From the IMG/VR virus record IMGVR_UViG_2711768037_000005, positions 1-64,000 of that record: a stretch of 64,000 nucleotides of DNA. The stretch is one strand, 5' to 3'. The DNA comes from a virus (Duplodnaviria; Heunggongvirae; Uroviricota; Caudoviricetes). Positions within the stretch are counted from its first letter, which is position 1; every line of letters starts with the position of its first letter. The notes under the pieces are model-generated. The model was not told where the DNA came from and did no database searches. It worked only from the letters and a program-made list of their open reading frames with translations. Position numbers and translations under genes: made by a program. Below are positions 40,059-50,214 of the stretch, piece after piece.

Positions 40059-40628
40059 ATGAGTAAAAAAATCAGCGTAGTTGGTGTTGATCCCTCAATG
40101 AGTAACTTTGGGCTTGCTGTGGGCACTTTAGACCTTGAAACGGACGAACTTGAGATTCACGGCCTTACTCTTGTTGAGACTAAAGCGGGGAGTAACAAAA
40201 AGACAGTTCGTGTGAATAGCGACGATCTGCGCCGTGCCAGTGAAATATGGCGTGTTGCGAAGCCAATCATTGATAAGGCAAATATGGTTTTTTGTGAGCT
40301 ACCGGTTGGGAGCCAAAACTCTCGTTCGCAGACGTCTTACGGTATTTGTATCGGTGTACTTGCGTGTGTGGATAAGCCATTGATCCAGGTCACTCCAAAC
40401 GAAATCAAGCATTTTGTTGGCAATAAACTTACTACATCGAAAGAAGAGATTATCCAGTGGGCTACGAAAAAACACCCTAAAGCACCGTGGCTGCGTCGTA
40501 AGCAATCGGGACAGGATGTTCTCGTGAACAAAAACGAACATTTGGCTGATGCGGTGGCTGCCATCCATACCGGTATGCAAACGGATCAGTTCCGCCAGGT
40601 GCGCGATGTTCTTAAGTCTCTCATTTGA
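40059..40628 (+). CDS. RuvC-like Holliday junction resolvase (RNase H fold), putative
   Basis: N-terminal VVGVDPSMSNFGLAV resembles RuvC ILGIDPGSRVTGYGV; acidic CELPVGS; C-terminal EHLADAVAAIHTG resembles RuvC ADALAIAITH. Confidence 0.5.
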   Translation: MSKKISVVGVDPSMSNFGLAVGTLDLETDELEIHGLTLVETKAGSNKKTVRVNSDDLRRASEIWRVAKPIIDKANMVFCELPVGSQNSRSQTSYGICIGVLACVDKPLIQVTPNEIKHFVGNKLTTSKEEIIQWATKKHPKAPWLRRKQSGQDVLVNKNEHLADAVAAIHTGMQTDQFRQVRDVLKSLI

Positions 40629-40701
40629 TTTCATTGATAGGTAAGTGCTTATCTATTAACATGGGCCACTATATTTAGTGGCCCTCTTTATTTGGTGATA
40701 C

Positions 40702-43017
40702 ATGATAAGCATCGTAAAACGTAACGGCCAAACAGAGCCGTTATCCGAAGAAAAATACAACCGCGTCGTAATGTATGGCGTAGAAGGCATTCGTGGCGTA
40801 AGCGCATCCGCTGTAGCAATGGGAGCTGCGACCAGCATTTTTGATGGGATGACCACCAGCCAGTTGCATGAGGCTTTGGTTAAATCTGCCGCTGATTTGA
40901 TCTCACCAGAAGCACCAAATTACTCACAGGTGGCTGCCTGCCTGAACATTTTTAAAATCCGCAAAGATGCCTTCGGTCGTTACGACTATCCGAACTTCTA
41001 CCAACACATTGTCAAGAACGTTAACAAGGGCGTTTATGACAAGGATTTGCTGACACATTATTCGTTTGAAGAGATCGAAGAACTCGGCAATTACATTAAG
41101 CCGAAACGTGACGATCTTTTTGGCTATGCAGCTACGGTGCAGTTGCAAAGCAAATACCTCGTTCAAAACCGTGTTACAGGTGAGATTCATGAGGGGCCGC
41201 AACATATCTATATGCTGGTAGGCATGTGTCTGTTCCAGAATTGGGAAGACGACTGCGCTGGCAAAACACGTATGGAGATGGTCAAAGGTTTCTATGACGT
41301 TACAAGTACGTTCAAACTGTCTCTGCCTACACCAATCATGGCCGGCGTCCGTACTCCAACCCGTCAGTTCTCCAGTTGTGTGCTGATTGAGTCTGGCGAT
41401 AGTCTGAAAGGGATTAGTGCAGCTTCAGCCGCAATTATCGACTACGTTTCACGTCGTGCTGGAATTGGTATTGGTTTTGGCCGTATCCGTGCGCTGGGCA
41501 GCGAGATCCGCAATGGTGAAGCCACCCATACCGGAGTTATTCCATTCCTGAAGCATTTCCAGACGGCTGTTAAATCTTGTTCGCAAGGTGGTGTTCGTGG
41601 TGGCGCAGCAACAGCGTTTTACCCGATCTGGCATCTTGAAGTTGAAAGTCTGCTGGTGGTGAAAAATAACCGTGGTATTGATGAAAACCGCGTTCGCCAT
41701 CTTGATTACGGCGTCATGAGTAACCGTCTAATGTACCGTCGACTCGTCAGAAGCGAGAACATCACTCTGTTCAGCCCGCATGATGTGCCTGATATGTACG
41801 AAGCCTTCTTCACAGACCAGGATCTGTTTGAAAAGCTGTACCATAAATACGAAGCCGATGATTCAATTCGCAAGAAGTCAGTACCTGCCATTGAGCTGTT
41901 CTCATCTCTGATGCAGGAACGAGCGTCCACGGGCCGAATTTATATTGCGAACGTCGATCATATTAATGAGCATGGCGCTTTCATTCCTGCTCTTGCACCT
42001 GTCCGCCAGTCAAACCTGTGCATGGAGATCACTCTACCCACTCGTCCACTGGCATTTACCGACGACCCGAACGGTGAGATCGCGCTATGCACTTTATCCG
42101 CTTTTAACCTCGGAGCCATCCGTTCACTGGAGTCTCTTAAAGAGGTGGCGTTCTATGCCGTTGCTGCACTGGATTCGTTACTGGATTATCAAGACTATCC
42201 GATGGAGGCAGCCGAAGTGCCTGCCAAAGCTCGTCGTAGCTTGGGAATTGGTGTAACCAACTTTGCTTATTACCTGGCAAAGAATGGCGTTCGTTATTCT
42301 GATACCGCTGGCAATAAACTGGTGCATGAAACGTTCGAAGCTATCCAGTATTACCTTCTTGACGCCAGCTGCCGACTTGCCGAAGCAAAAGGTGAGTGTG
42401 ACTGGTTTGAGCAGACCAAGTACGCAATTGGTCAGTTGCCGATCGACCATTACCGTTCTTCATTAGACGAAAGTGGCGAAACCAACTTTGAGTTAAAGAT
42501 GCCGTGGGAAGAACTGCGTGAACGTATTGCAAAATACGGCCTTCGCAACTCCACACTGACGGCACAAATGCCATGCGAGACTTCCAGCCAGATCACTAAT
42601 TCCACCAACGGCATCGAACCGCCTCGTGGCCCGGTGTCAGTGAAATCTTCTAAGGACGGCATCGTCAAGATGGTCGTGCCTGAGTTTGAAAAACTGAAGG
42701 AACAGTATGAATACCTGTGGGATATGCCGGACAACCGCGGCTATCTGACAAAGGTGGCGATCATCCAGAAGTTCTTTGACCAGGCTATTTCAGCCAATAC
42801 CAACTATGACCCTTCTCGCTTTGAAGGCGATAAAGTCCCAATGATGACGCTACTGTCAGATTTGCTTCTCGCCTACAAGATGGGAGTTAAAACGCTTTAC
42901 TACCACAACACCAGAGATGGGGCAGGAAAGCGTGATGACGACGAACCGCAGAATCCACTGACGCAAGCTGTAGCCGTCGAGCCAGAAGATGAGTGCGACG
43001 GGGCCTGCAAAATCTGA
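40702..43017 (+). CDS. nrdA: ribonucleotide reductase class Ia alpha subunit
   Basis: Near-colinear with E. coli NrdA by eye (e.g. LVQNRVTGEI, QFSSCVLIE, GGVRGGAATAFYPIWHLEVESLL, C-terminal CxxxxACKI tail); 771 aa. Confidence 0.9.
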   Translation: MISIVKRNGQTEPLSEEKYNRVVMYGVEGIRGVSASAVAMGAATSIFDGMTTSQLHEALVKSAADLISPEAPNYSQVAACLNIFKIRKDAFGRYDYPNFYQHIVKNVNKGVYDKDLLTHYSFEEIEELGNYIKPKRDDLFGYAATVQLQSKYLVQNRVTGEIHEGPQHIYMLVGMCLFQNWEDDCAGKTRMEMVKGFYDVTSTFKLSLPTPIMAGVRTPTRQFSSCVLIESGDSLKGISAASAAIIDYVSRRAGIGIGFGRIRALGSEIRNGEATHTGVIPFLKHFQTAVKSCSQGGVRGGAATAFYPIWHLEVESLLVVKNNRGIDENRVRHLDYGVMSNRLMYRRLVRSENITLFSPHDVPDMYEAFFTDQDLFEKLYHKYEADDSIRKKSVPAIELFSSLMQERASTGRIYIANVDHINEHGAFIPALAPVRQSNLCMEITLPTRPLAFTDDPNGEIALCTLSAFNLGAIRSLESLKEVAFYAVAALDSLLDYQDYPMEAAEVPAKARRSLGIGVTNFAYYLAKNGVRYSDTAGNKLVHETFEAIQYYLLDASCRLAEAKGECDWFEQTKYAIGQLPIDHYRSSLDESGETNFELKMPWEELRERIAKYGLRNSTLTAQMPCETSSQITNSTNGIEPPRGPVSVKSSKDGIVKMVVPEFEKLKEQYEYLWDMPDNRGYLTKVAIIQKFFDQAISANTNYDPSRFEGDKVPMMTLLSDLLLAYKMGVKTLYYHNTRDGAGKRDDDEPQNPLTQAVAVEPEDECDGACKI

Positions 43018-43122
43018 CATATGGTGGGGTATAACCCCACCTTCTCTTTGATTTGTAAGCCTTGTTTAAACAAATAAGATAACAACTTGTTTAAACACAT
43101 CAAAAAGCAAAAGGAAAAACAC

Positions 43123-44265
43123 ATGTCATATTCAACGTTCCGTTTGGGTGCTAATGATGCAACCAAAGAGCCTATGTTCCTCGGACAATCTGTCAACGTG
43201 GCACGTTACGATCAGCAAAAATACCGTGATTTTGAAAAGTTGATTGAACGTCAATTGTCTTTCTTCTGGCGGCCGGAAGAAGTTGATATTTCGAGCGATC
43301 GTATCGACTTCAACACGAAGCTGCGGGACCACGAACGTCACATTTTTCTGAGCAATCTCCGTTATCAAACGTTACTCGATTCAGTTCAGGGACGTAGCCC
43401 AAATGCAACGCTGCTGCCGCTTATCTCTATTCCTGAACTGGAAACGTGGGTTGAAACATGGTCTTTCTCTGAGACTATCCATAGCCGCAGCTACACCCAC
43501 ATTATTCGTGGCATGGTGGACGATCCGAGCATTGTTTTTGACGGTATTGTTACGGATGAAGAAATCATCAACCGAGCGATCAGTATCTCTGCTGAATATG
43601 ACAGGCTTTATGGGATGACCTGCGAGCGCCAGTCGTTAGGTGAGAAAGAGTTTGAACGTCTGTACGTAAATGAATATGGCTGGGAGCCATATCCTTTGCA
43701 CCGTCAGCTTTTCCGCACGTTGGTGTCCATTAATGCGCTTGAGGCGATCCGTTTCTATGTAAGTTTTGCATGTACGTTTGCCTTTGGCGAACGGAAGTTG
43801 CTTGAGGGTAACACCAAAATTATGCGCTTTATTGCCCGTGATGAAGCTCTGCATTGCGAAGGAACTGAACGCATGATCCGCTTCATGCGTACCGGTCGCG
43901 AAGGTTTATTGTGGAAAGAGATTGCTGCTGATGAAGAAAACGTCATTTACGACACCATGAAATCAGTCGCCGAACAAGAAATGAACTGGGCAGACTATCT
44001 CTTCAAAGACGGTTCGATGATTGGTTTAAACGCGGATATTCTCAAAACCTATGTAAAATACCGCACCAATCTGGCTATGAATCGTCTTGGCCTGAAGGCT
44101 TTATTTCCAGAAGTTACCACTGATCCGCTGGTCTGGATGAACAAGTGGTTGTTAACCGACACACTGCAAATTGCACCACAAGAGGCAGAGCAAAGCACAT
44201 ATCTGGTAGGTCAGATCGATTCTACCGTGGATAAGGCTTCTCTAAGCCAGTTTGCAGACCTGTAA
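43123..44265 (+). CDS. nrdB: ribonucleotide reductase class Ia beta subunit
   Basis: Very close to E. coli NrdB ([38 protein letters not shown]); start at MSYSTF with AAAGGAAAAACACATG context, not the ORF-track 43087. Confidence 0.9.
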   Translation: MSYSTFRLGANDATKEPMFLGQSVNVARYDQQKYRDFEKLIERQLSFFWRPEEVDISSDRIDFNTKLRDHERHIFLSNLRYQTLLDSVQGRSPNATLLPLISIPELETWVETWSFSETIHSRSYTHIIRGMVDDPSIVFDGIVTDEEIINRAISISAEYDRLYGMTCERQSLGEKEFERLYVNEYGWEPYPLHRQLFRTLVSINALEAIRFYVSFACTFAFGERKLLEGNTKIMRFIARDEALHCEGTERMIRFMRTGREGLLWKEIAADEENVIYDTMKSVAEQEMNWADYLFKDGSMIGLNADILKTYVKYRTNLAMNRLGLKALFPEVTTDPLVWMNKWLLTDTLQIAPQEAEQSTYLVGQIDSTVDKASLSQFADL

Positions 44266-44342
44266 ACCGATACAAAGCATTATGTGGCCTGGCAACGCTG
44301 GGCCACAATGGATCACAAGAATTAAGAAGGAACAAAACTAGC

Positions 44343-45221
44343 ATGAACTTTACCAAACTGACTGACCACCTGAAACTTGCCACCGATCGACTCATTGGAT
44401 TTAAGCCAGAACCATATGAGTTGCATGAAGGTCATGGTGTAGCTACTGAAAGTATTTACAAGATGGTCGATCAGTTTCATGAACTCTTCCAGCATCCGAG
44501 ACGCGTTATGCCGACACCAGAGCTGCTTCGTCTCCGTGCAAGCCTGATTCATGAAGAAGCTGTAGTGGAAGGTATTCCAGCCGCAATGAATGGGGATATT
44601 GAGCAACTGCTGGATGCAATGGCCGACTTTTTATACGTTGGTATTGGTACGATGGTCGCCATCAAAGGTGGTATTTCTACCGGCATGACCTATTACACGC
44701 AGGAACAGAGCATTGATCGCTTTATGCAGACAATTTTTGTGCCTGGTAACACTGTTTTCGATGATATGGCAATGCCATTTCAGGAAGCTCGTGAGGCGTC
44801 ATGTATGCTCGAAGAGCTGGCAGATAAACTTGAGAACAAGACTGTTAAGGATTCTGAGCTGATTCAGGAACTGCGCCGTGTCATGAACAAAATCTATGTG
44901 GCGTGCATGATGACCTATCGACTGGCTGATTTCCTCGGTATCAATGTAGTTGAGCTGGTTGGCGAAATTCATCGGTCTAACATGACAAAATTATGGCCTG
45001 CTGATGTCGAGGAACGTCGCCAGGCTGTGGCCAACTGCAAATACGACTCTTCAGATCTGGGATTCCGCCATGCTGATGGCACCGATAAGATGATCGGTTT
45101 TCGAATTTCCGATGGAAAGATTCTGAAGTCTCCAACCTATAGTGATGTAGATTTATCCTCCTTTGTTGAGCAAGCTAAAGCCTCTGCAATGTATGAAATG
45201 ATAAAAAATAATTGTAGGTGA
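44343..45221 (+). CDS. hypothetical protein; possible MazG-like all-alpha NTP pyrophosphohydrolase
   Basis: Weak resemblance of IHEEAVVEGIPAAMNGDIEQLLDAMADFLYVG to MazG EExxE...D metal-binding helix pair; sits in the nucleotide-metabolism block. Confidence 0.3.
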   Translation: MNFTKLTDHLKLATDRLIGFKPEPYELHEGHGVATESIYKMVDQFHELFQHPRRVMPTPELLRLRASLIHEEAVVEGIPAAMNGDIEQLLDAMADFLYVGIGTMVAIKGGISTGMTYYTQEQSIDRFMQTIFVPGNTVFDDMAMPFQEAREASCMLEELADKLENKTVKDSELIQELRRVMNKIYVACMMTYRLADFLGINVVELVGEIHRSNMTKLWPADVEERRQAVANCKYDSSDLGFRHADGTDKMIGFRISDGKILKSPTYSDVDLSSFVEQAKASAMYEMIKNNCR

Positions 45222-45354
45222 TTATCTATTAGTGTATATTTGATTTGCGTATAAAACTCTGGAACGACTATTCTTTTTGGTGGCCTATGGCCACCATTTT
45301 TTTTATCTATCTGGCCTTGTTCCCTCAATAAATGTAAACTCACGCAATGAATAA

Positions 45355-46485
45355 GTGGTTACTTATCTTTGTGAGGTTTTTGTGTCACTCCTTTTGAATC
45401 GTGAGCATACGAACGGTCAGGTAACAAACGCATCGTATGCAAAAGTTATTGAGACGGTGCTTAAAAGCGGCGTGCAGGCTGATGATCGCACAGGCACTGG
45501 TACTTTAAGCACCTGCTACGTTCCCTCTTACTACATGCTTACTGGTGGGACTGTGCCGCTTATTTCTGGAAAGGCGGTAAATCTTAAGCCACTGCTTGTC
45601 GAACTTGAGTGGTATCTGAAAGGCACGGGCAACATCCAATTTCTCAAGGATAACGGCGTTAAGATTTGGGATGCATGGGCCGATGAGAATGGCGATTTGG
45701 GGCCGGTTTACGGTAAGCAGTGGCGTCGATGGGAAGATACCCGCATCGTGAGCCATAGTGAATATCTGAGCAAGATCGCTACTTTCCGTGAACGCGGGTA
45801 CAAAGTCGAGGGATACCTGGGTATCAGTGAAGATCGCGTAGTGCTGTCCCGTGAAATCGATCAGCTACAGCGTATTGTCGATACACTGCGCACGAACCCT
45901 ACCGATCGTCGCATCATGCTTAACGCATGGAACGTAGGCGAGCTTGAGGATATGAAACTGCCACCTTGCCACTTTGTCTTCTCTTTGTGGAGTCGTGAGC
46001 TGGATTTTGAAACCCGTTTAACGATGGCAACTGACATTGGTCTTCAACACAGTCGCCTCGGTTACGAGTCTATCTACACCAAGATGCTATACGATCTGGA
46101 GATGGACGGCAGTGTTACTGAAGCTGAACTGGATGAACTTGGAATCCCCAAACGCATCCTCAACTCCTGCCTCGTACAGCGTAGCGTAGACACTTTTGTT
46201 GGTATGCCATTCAATATTGCTGGCTATGGCATTCTCACTCATTTTCTCGCGAAGATTACGGGTCACATGGCCGGTGCATTTGTGCATTTTGGCTTTGACG
46301 TGCATTTGTACAACAACCACATGGAAGGTGTGTGTGAGCTAATGAAACGACAGGCTCCAGAGCATTCAGATCCGGTCGTTATTTTCCCTCATGAATGGTC
46401 AGAGTTGGATGATTTCAAATGGGACGAGGTTTTAATTCTTGGCTATGACCCTCTACCGTGGATCAAGGTTCCAGTGGCGGTGTGA
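45355..46485 (+). CDS. thyA: thymidylate synthase (ThyA family) carrying two internal insertions
   Basis: DRTGTGT, WDAWADENGDLGPVYGKQWRRW, RRIMLNAWNVGEL, catalytic LPPCH, C-terminal GYDPLPWIKVPVAV all align with E. coli ThyA; about 30 and 50 extra residues at two sites; start codon ambiguous (GTG 45355 or 45382). Confidence 0.85.
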   Translation: MVTYLCEVFVSLLLNREHTNGQVTNASYAKVIETVLKSGVQADDRTGTGTLSTCYVPSYYMLTGGTVPLISGKAVNLKPLLVELEWYLKGTGNIQFLKDNGVKIWDAWADENGDLGPVYGKQWRRWEDTRIVSHSEYLSKIATFRERGYKVEGYLGISEDRVVLSREIDQLQRIVDTLRTNPTDRRIMLNAWNVGELEDMKLPPCHFVFSLWSRELDFETRLTMATDIGLQHSRLGYESIYTKMLYDLEMDGSVTEAELDELGIPKRILNSCLVQRSVDTFVGMPFNIAGYGILTHFLAKITGHMAGAFVHFGFDVHLYNNHMEGVCELMKRQAPEHSDPVVIFPHEWSELDDFKWDEVLILGYDPLPWIKVPVAV

Positions 46486-46486
46486 T

Positions 46487-46900
46487 ATGGCAAGAGGTAT
46501 GTATGTCTTATGCGAAATTGAAGGTGTGCTGGCAAATGCCAGCCATCGTAAATCAGTATCTGACGCGGATGCAGGCCAGCTCATTGCCGGTGATGAACTC
46601 ATTTTCCCCACCAGCCGTATGTTGCGTGGTTTTGCTCGCTCAGGGGCTGAAGTGGTGCTTATCAGTAGCCGCTCTGAAACTCTTGAAGCGCCAACTAAAC
46701 GATGGCTGAAAGATTTTGGCGTTGATTATGACTGGCTTCATCTCGTACCGAATGGCACCAGTTATGAGAAGCATATTAAGCGCACATTAGCGGAGCATAA
46801 AGGCGATCTGCTTATCGCTGCGCTGGTGCACGATCCTCGACTCCGTGCCGCTTTAGCCGACTCTCACCATCGACCGGTCATCTATGAGGTGAGCAAATGA
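46487..46900 (+). CDS. hypothetical protein
   Basis: In-frame ATG at 46487 just after thyA stop (ORF track 46439); translationally coupled to DHFR gene. Confidence 0.3.
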   Translation: MARGMYVLCEIEGVLANASHRKSVSDADAGQLIAGDELIFPTSRMLRGFARSGAEVVLISSRSETLEAPTKRWLKDFGVDYDWLHLVPNGTSYEKHIKRTLAEHKGDLLIAALVHDPRLRAALADSHHRPVIYEVSK

Positions 46901-47373
46901 AGATGATCGCTGCTGTTGGCCGTAACTATGAGATCGGCATAGCGAATGAACTCCCCTGGCGTTGTTCTACCGATCTGAAGCTATTTAAGAGACTCACCAA
47001 AAACGCCACTGTCGTTATGGGGCGTAAAACGATGGAAAGTCTCAAACGCCCTCTTCCAGAGCGTCATAACCTCGTTTTGACGCGCTCTCATGGCTTTGTA
47101 CCAAATGGATTCTACCCTGCTGGTGTGGATGATGTGTTGCGATTACCAGAGCCTGTGTGGGTGATTGGCGGGGAACAAATTTACTCGCTATTCATGCCGC
47201 ATGTTGAAGAGATTTGGCTCTCCCACATCGGCGTTGATGTACCAAACGCCGATGCATTCTTCCCGGCAAGCATGATGCGTAACTTAGGCTTTGTGCCTGT
47301 TGAAACAGCTTATACCCAACGAGCCAGCGAGGAAGAGCCTGGCTTTTCGCAGATCGTATACAGAAGGTCGTAA
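46897..47373 (+). CDS. dihydrofolate reductase
   Basis: MIAAVGRNYEIGIANELPW and VVMGRKTMESLKRPLPER match the DHFR N-terminal fold; 158 aa; adjacent to thyA. Confidence 0.8.
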   Translation: MKMIAAVGRNYEIGIANELPWRCSTDLKLFKRLTKNATVVMGRKTMESLKRPLPERHNLVLTRSHGFVPNGFYPAGVDDVLRLPEPVWVIGGEQIYSLFMPHVEEIWLSHIGVDVPNADAFFPASMMRNLGFVPVETAYTQRASEEEPGFSQIVYRRS

Positions 47374-48017
47374 TGGATTACCGGATTGGGATCACTGGTG
47401 CTCAGGGCAGTGGGAAAACAACCCTGGCTAAATATATCGACAAACATTACGGAATCCCTTACGTGGATGCTGGTGTCGGAAGTTTGATGAGCCGCCTCGG
47501 TGTTCGAGTAGGTGATTCTATGCCTCTATATGAGCGGCTTCAGATTCAAATGGAAATAGCAAAGCATATAGAGCTACTTACGCGTGGTGTTGAAGGCTTT
47601 GTTATCGATCGCACACCTGCTGATGTTATGGCCTACACGTTGGATTTGGTCGGCCATACAAATGAAGATCGGTGTATTGAGTTAGCCCTCGATATCGAAA
47701 AGTTTTGCCACAAAACTGCTATTTCAAACTTTAACGCCATTGCTGGCCTACGTCCGGGGGTCGCTCTCTCAGAGCGAGATTACTTGCGGTCACAACGAGC
47801 ATCATTAGACCGTCTGTATGTCGCTCGTATTGATGCGTTGATGTGCGGGGAACTGACAAAAATTCACCTGCATCCGCAAAGGGGAGATCTGCAAACCTTC
47901 GTCGTTTCCAACCGGTATCGCACAGTTGAAGCAAGAGCCAGATCAGTGATGAGAATGCTAGATAACGCTGTAGAAAAGATAGAAAACCGGTTCTGTGGCC
48001 GAGTGACCGTTCATTAG
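47373..48017 (+). CDS. P-loop NTPase, probable (deoxy)nucleotide kinase
   Basis: N-terminal Walker A IGITGAQGSGKTTLAK; size and context within nucleotide-metabolism genes. Confidence 0.4.
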   Translation: MDYRIGITGAQGSGKTTLAKYIDKHYGIPYVDAGVGSLMSRLGVRVGDSMPLYERLQIQMEIAKHIELLTRGVEGFVIDRTPADVMAYTLDLVGHTNEDRCIELALDIEKFCHKTAISNFNAIAGLRPGVALSERDYLRSQRASLDRLYVARIDALMCGELTKIHLHPQRGDLQTFVVSNRYRTVEARARSVMRMLDNAVEKIENRFCGRVTVH

Positions 48018-48078
48018 AAATTGTTCGCCTCTTCGACATTGCGACAATAAAACTCTCAAAATGGGTTAAGGATAAAAA

Positions 48079-48498
48079 ATGTTTAGTGAAATGTTGCTTG
48101 AAGATGAACTGGATCGGAAAACAACAGAGGCTTTGATTCGTGTAGCGGACGAACATTCCCGGTCGCTTATGAGCGATCGAGAGGCTCGTCTGGCTATTCG
48201 TGCCATATTCGAAACTGCGCAGGGGCTTGTTGGTACACAAGTGGGTGAAGCCATTAACATCGCCATGTCTCAGTTCAGTGAAGGCAGTAAAAAGCCTCTG
48301 TTTCCTATGCATTTGATGCTGGCTGGTGGCACGGTGCTTTATATCTCTGTTTGTCTGGATAGCAACCAAATCAATATTCTCAACACTGTGTCAGGTAAGT
48401 GGAAAGATCCGATTGTCTGTGAAACCAGTGAAGAAACTTTGAAAAAAGCGGCTCAATTTGTACGTAGCGCACTACTTAAGGGCGCTAAGAAGTTGTAA
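48079..48498 (+). CDS. hypothetical protein
   Basis: ORF track. Confidence 0.4.
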   Translation: MFSEMLLEDELDRKTTEALIRVADEHSRSLMSDREARLAIRAIFETAQGLVGTQVGEAINIAMSQFSEGSKKPLFPMHLMLAGGTVLYISVCLDSNQINILNTVSGKWKDPIVCETSEETLKKAAQFVRSALLKGAKKL

Positions 48499-48507
48499 GG
48501 AGTTCTG

Positions 48508-49062
48508 ATGACAACGATTGTTGCAGGCATCGATATCGAGTCTACGGGACTGGATTTCCTTGCTGGTCATAAAATTATTGAAATCGCAATTACCCGCTAT
48601 GAACTGGAGACACAGAGACATATTGATAGTTTTGTAATGCGGTTCAACCCGCGTCGCAGTATCGATCCGAAAGCGCAAGCGGTACACGGCATCAGTCTTG
48701 AAGATTTAGCCGCCGAGCCGTTACTAGCCGATCACGCTTCATCTGTCGCTTCGTACCTCTCTTCTTCCGATATTTGGATAGCCCACAACGGCGAAGCGTT
48801 CGATATTCCGTTTATTAGGCATGAGCTGAAAAGTTACGGTTTTTCGCTTCCAGACATCCCATTGATTGACACTCTATTTTCCCTGTGGGCCACAGAAGAC
48901 GGTAAACGTCCCCGCCTTGAAGAGTTGGCCTTCTCTCTTGGCTTTATATACGATCATGCCAAAGCACATAGTGCCTTATATGACACAAACTTAATGATGC
49001 AATGCTTCTTTAAGGCACGTAATAAGTACGGATTTTTTAAATTACCCTCTGAAATTGTGTAA
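48508..49062 (+). CDS. DnaQ-like DEDDh 3'-5' exonuclease (proofreading epsilon-like)
   Basis: Exo I GIDIESTGLD, Exo II AHNGEAFDIPF, Exo III HSALYDT. Confidence 0.7.
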   Translation: MTTIVAGIDIESTGLDFLAGHKIIEIAITRYELETQRHIDSFVMRFNPRRSIDPKAQAVHGISLEDLAAEPLLADHASSVASYLSSSDIWIAHNGEAFDIPFIRHELKSYGFSLPDIPLIDTLFSLWATEDGKRPRLEELAFSLGFIYDHAKAHSALYDTNLMMQCFFKARNKYGFFKLPSEIV

Positions 49063-49067
49063 AGCAA

Positions 49068-49106
49068 AAGCCTACTTTAAAGAGAGTTTAAAGTAGGCTT
49101 TCTTTT
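49068..49106 (+). terminator. rho-independent terminator
   Basis: AAAGCCTACTTTAAA...TTTAAAGTAGGCTTT followed by CTTTT. Confidence 0.5.
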
Positions 49107-49222
49107 AAAGAACAGTCGCCTTTCAATCATTTCCTGCCTGTATTTAATACTTTTCCGCCTGACAGGTTTAGTCAAAATGTAGCCATCGAAACGCAAATGT
49201 AACCAAACAGAAGGAGACTTAC

Positions 49223-50032
49223 ATGAGTTCGGTTGAAAATGTAATGACAAATGATGATCTGGACGAGCTGACAGCCATGTTGCAATCACTTGATGAACCA
49301 GTAAAAAAAGCTGCACAGGTTGAAAATACTGATGATATTGACGATCTGCTGCTCGGCCTCGATGCTGGCGTAGCCATGAGTTCTGATGATGTTGCCGAAG
49401 AACTGTTCAATGAAGAAAAAGCAGGTGATTTCAGCTCTGCTTTAAATGAGTTGGAGTTAGCGCATGAGCCTATAAACGTAATTAACGCTGAAAGTGTTGA
49501 ATCTGCCGAAAACGAGCCAGAACAATTGGGATTGATTGAGGTTGAAGACTGTGTTGAGGTTAATGATGAATTAAAAGTTCAACAGTCAAATGATAGCAAT
49601 ACAAATAAAAAAGCTCGTACTGCAAGAGGTCCTCGTTTTACTTTAAGTGATAAAGATGATTCGTTTTTCAATAAAGCAGGCTTAGAAAAAGATATTTTCT
49701 TAGACGCTTACGATAACGCGCCTGTCAAAGCAAAGGATAAGATATTAAACCTTCTTAATTGGTTTAGCGGAGGTCCAGATATTAGTGTTTACACGGTAAT
49801 TTCCATGAGACACCTTCTCACAGAAAAGAAGGCTACAAGTAATAGTATTAAGATTGCTTTAATGAGCAATCCAGAAAAACCGTATCCGCTTAACACTGCG
49901 TCAACTCAGGCTGGGCAAATGATGGCTGTATTTCCAGCGACAGGAATTGCTGTTAGAGACGGTGGAAATCTAACATTGAACGAAGAATCACCGATCGTTA
50001 AGAAGTTTGTCGCGGAGTACACTATTGGATGA
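49223..50032 (+). CDS. hypothetical acidic protein
   Basis: ORF track; Asp/Glu-rich N-terminal half. Confidence 0.45.
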   Translation: MSSVENVMTNDDLDELTAMLQSLDEPVKKAAQVENTDDIDDLLLGLDAGVAMSSDDVAEELFNEEKAGDFSSALNELELAHEPINVINAESVESAENEPEQLGLIEVEDCVEVNDELKVQQSNDSNTNKKARTARGPRFTLSDKDDSFFNKAGLEKDIFLDAYDNAPVKAKDKILNLLNWFSGGPDISVYTVISMRHLLTEKKATSNSIKIALMSNPEKPYPLNTASTQAGQMMAVFPATGIAVRDGGNLTLNEESPIVKKFVAEYTIG

Positions 50033-50110
50033 TGTTCCCCTACTGAAAATAAAGCCCATAGAGAGCTTTATAGTGCTGGGTACGCTAACCCATACCCAGC
50101 ACCACAAAAA

Positions 50111-50154
50111 CGCGCCAGAGAGCTTCTTGTTCGCATTTCTGGCGCGTTTTATTT
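50111..50154 (+). terminator. rho-independent terminator
   Basis: CGCGCCAGA...TCTGGCGCG hairpin followed by TTTTATTT. Confidence 0.45.
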
Positions 50155-50214
50155 GATTGCCATACATAAAATCAAATGCAAAAATAGGTAATCACTTACC
50201 TATTGATAAAGAAG

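Noticed and set aside
43087-43122. N-terminal extension of NrdB (ORF-track start 43087) and similar upstream extensions at 6411, 26026, 51754 and 33770-34984
   Set aside because: Extensions run through conserved upstream palindromes, terminator hairpins or iterons; the downstream ATG or GTG with RBS and homologue-matching N-terminus is preferred.
45355-46485. Intein or intron in thymidylate synthase (and in NrdA or DnaE)
   Set aside because: ThyA insertions are only about 30 and 50 residues and in frame without intein splice motifs; NrdA (771 aa) and DnaE (1172 aa) have normal lengths and contiguous conserved motifs.
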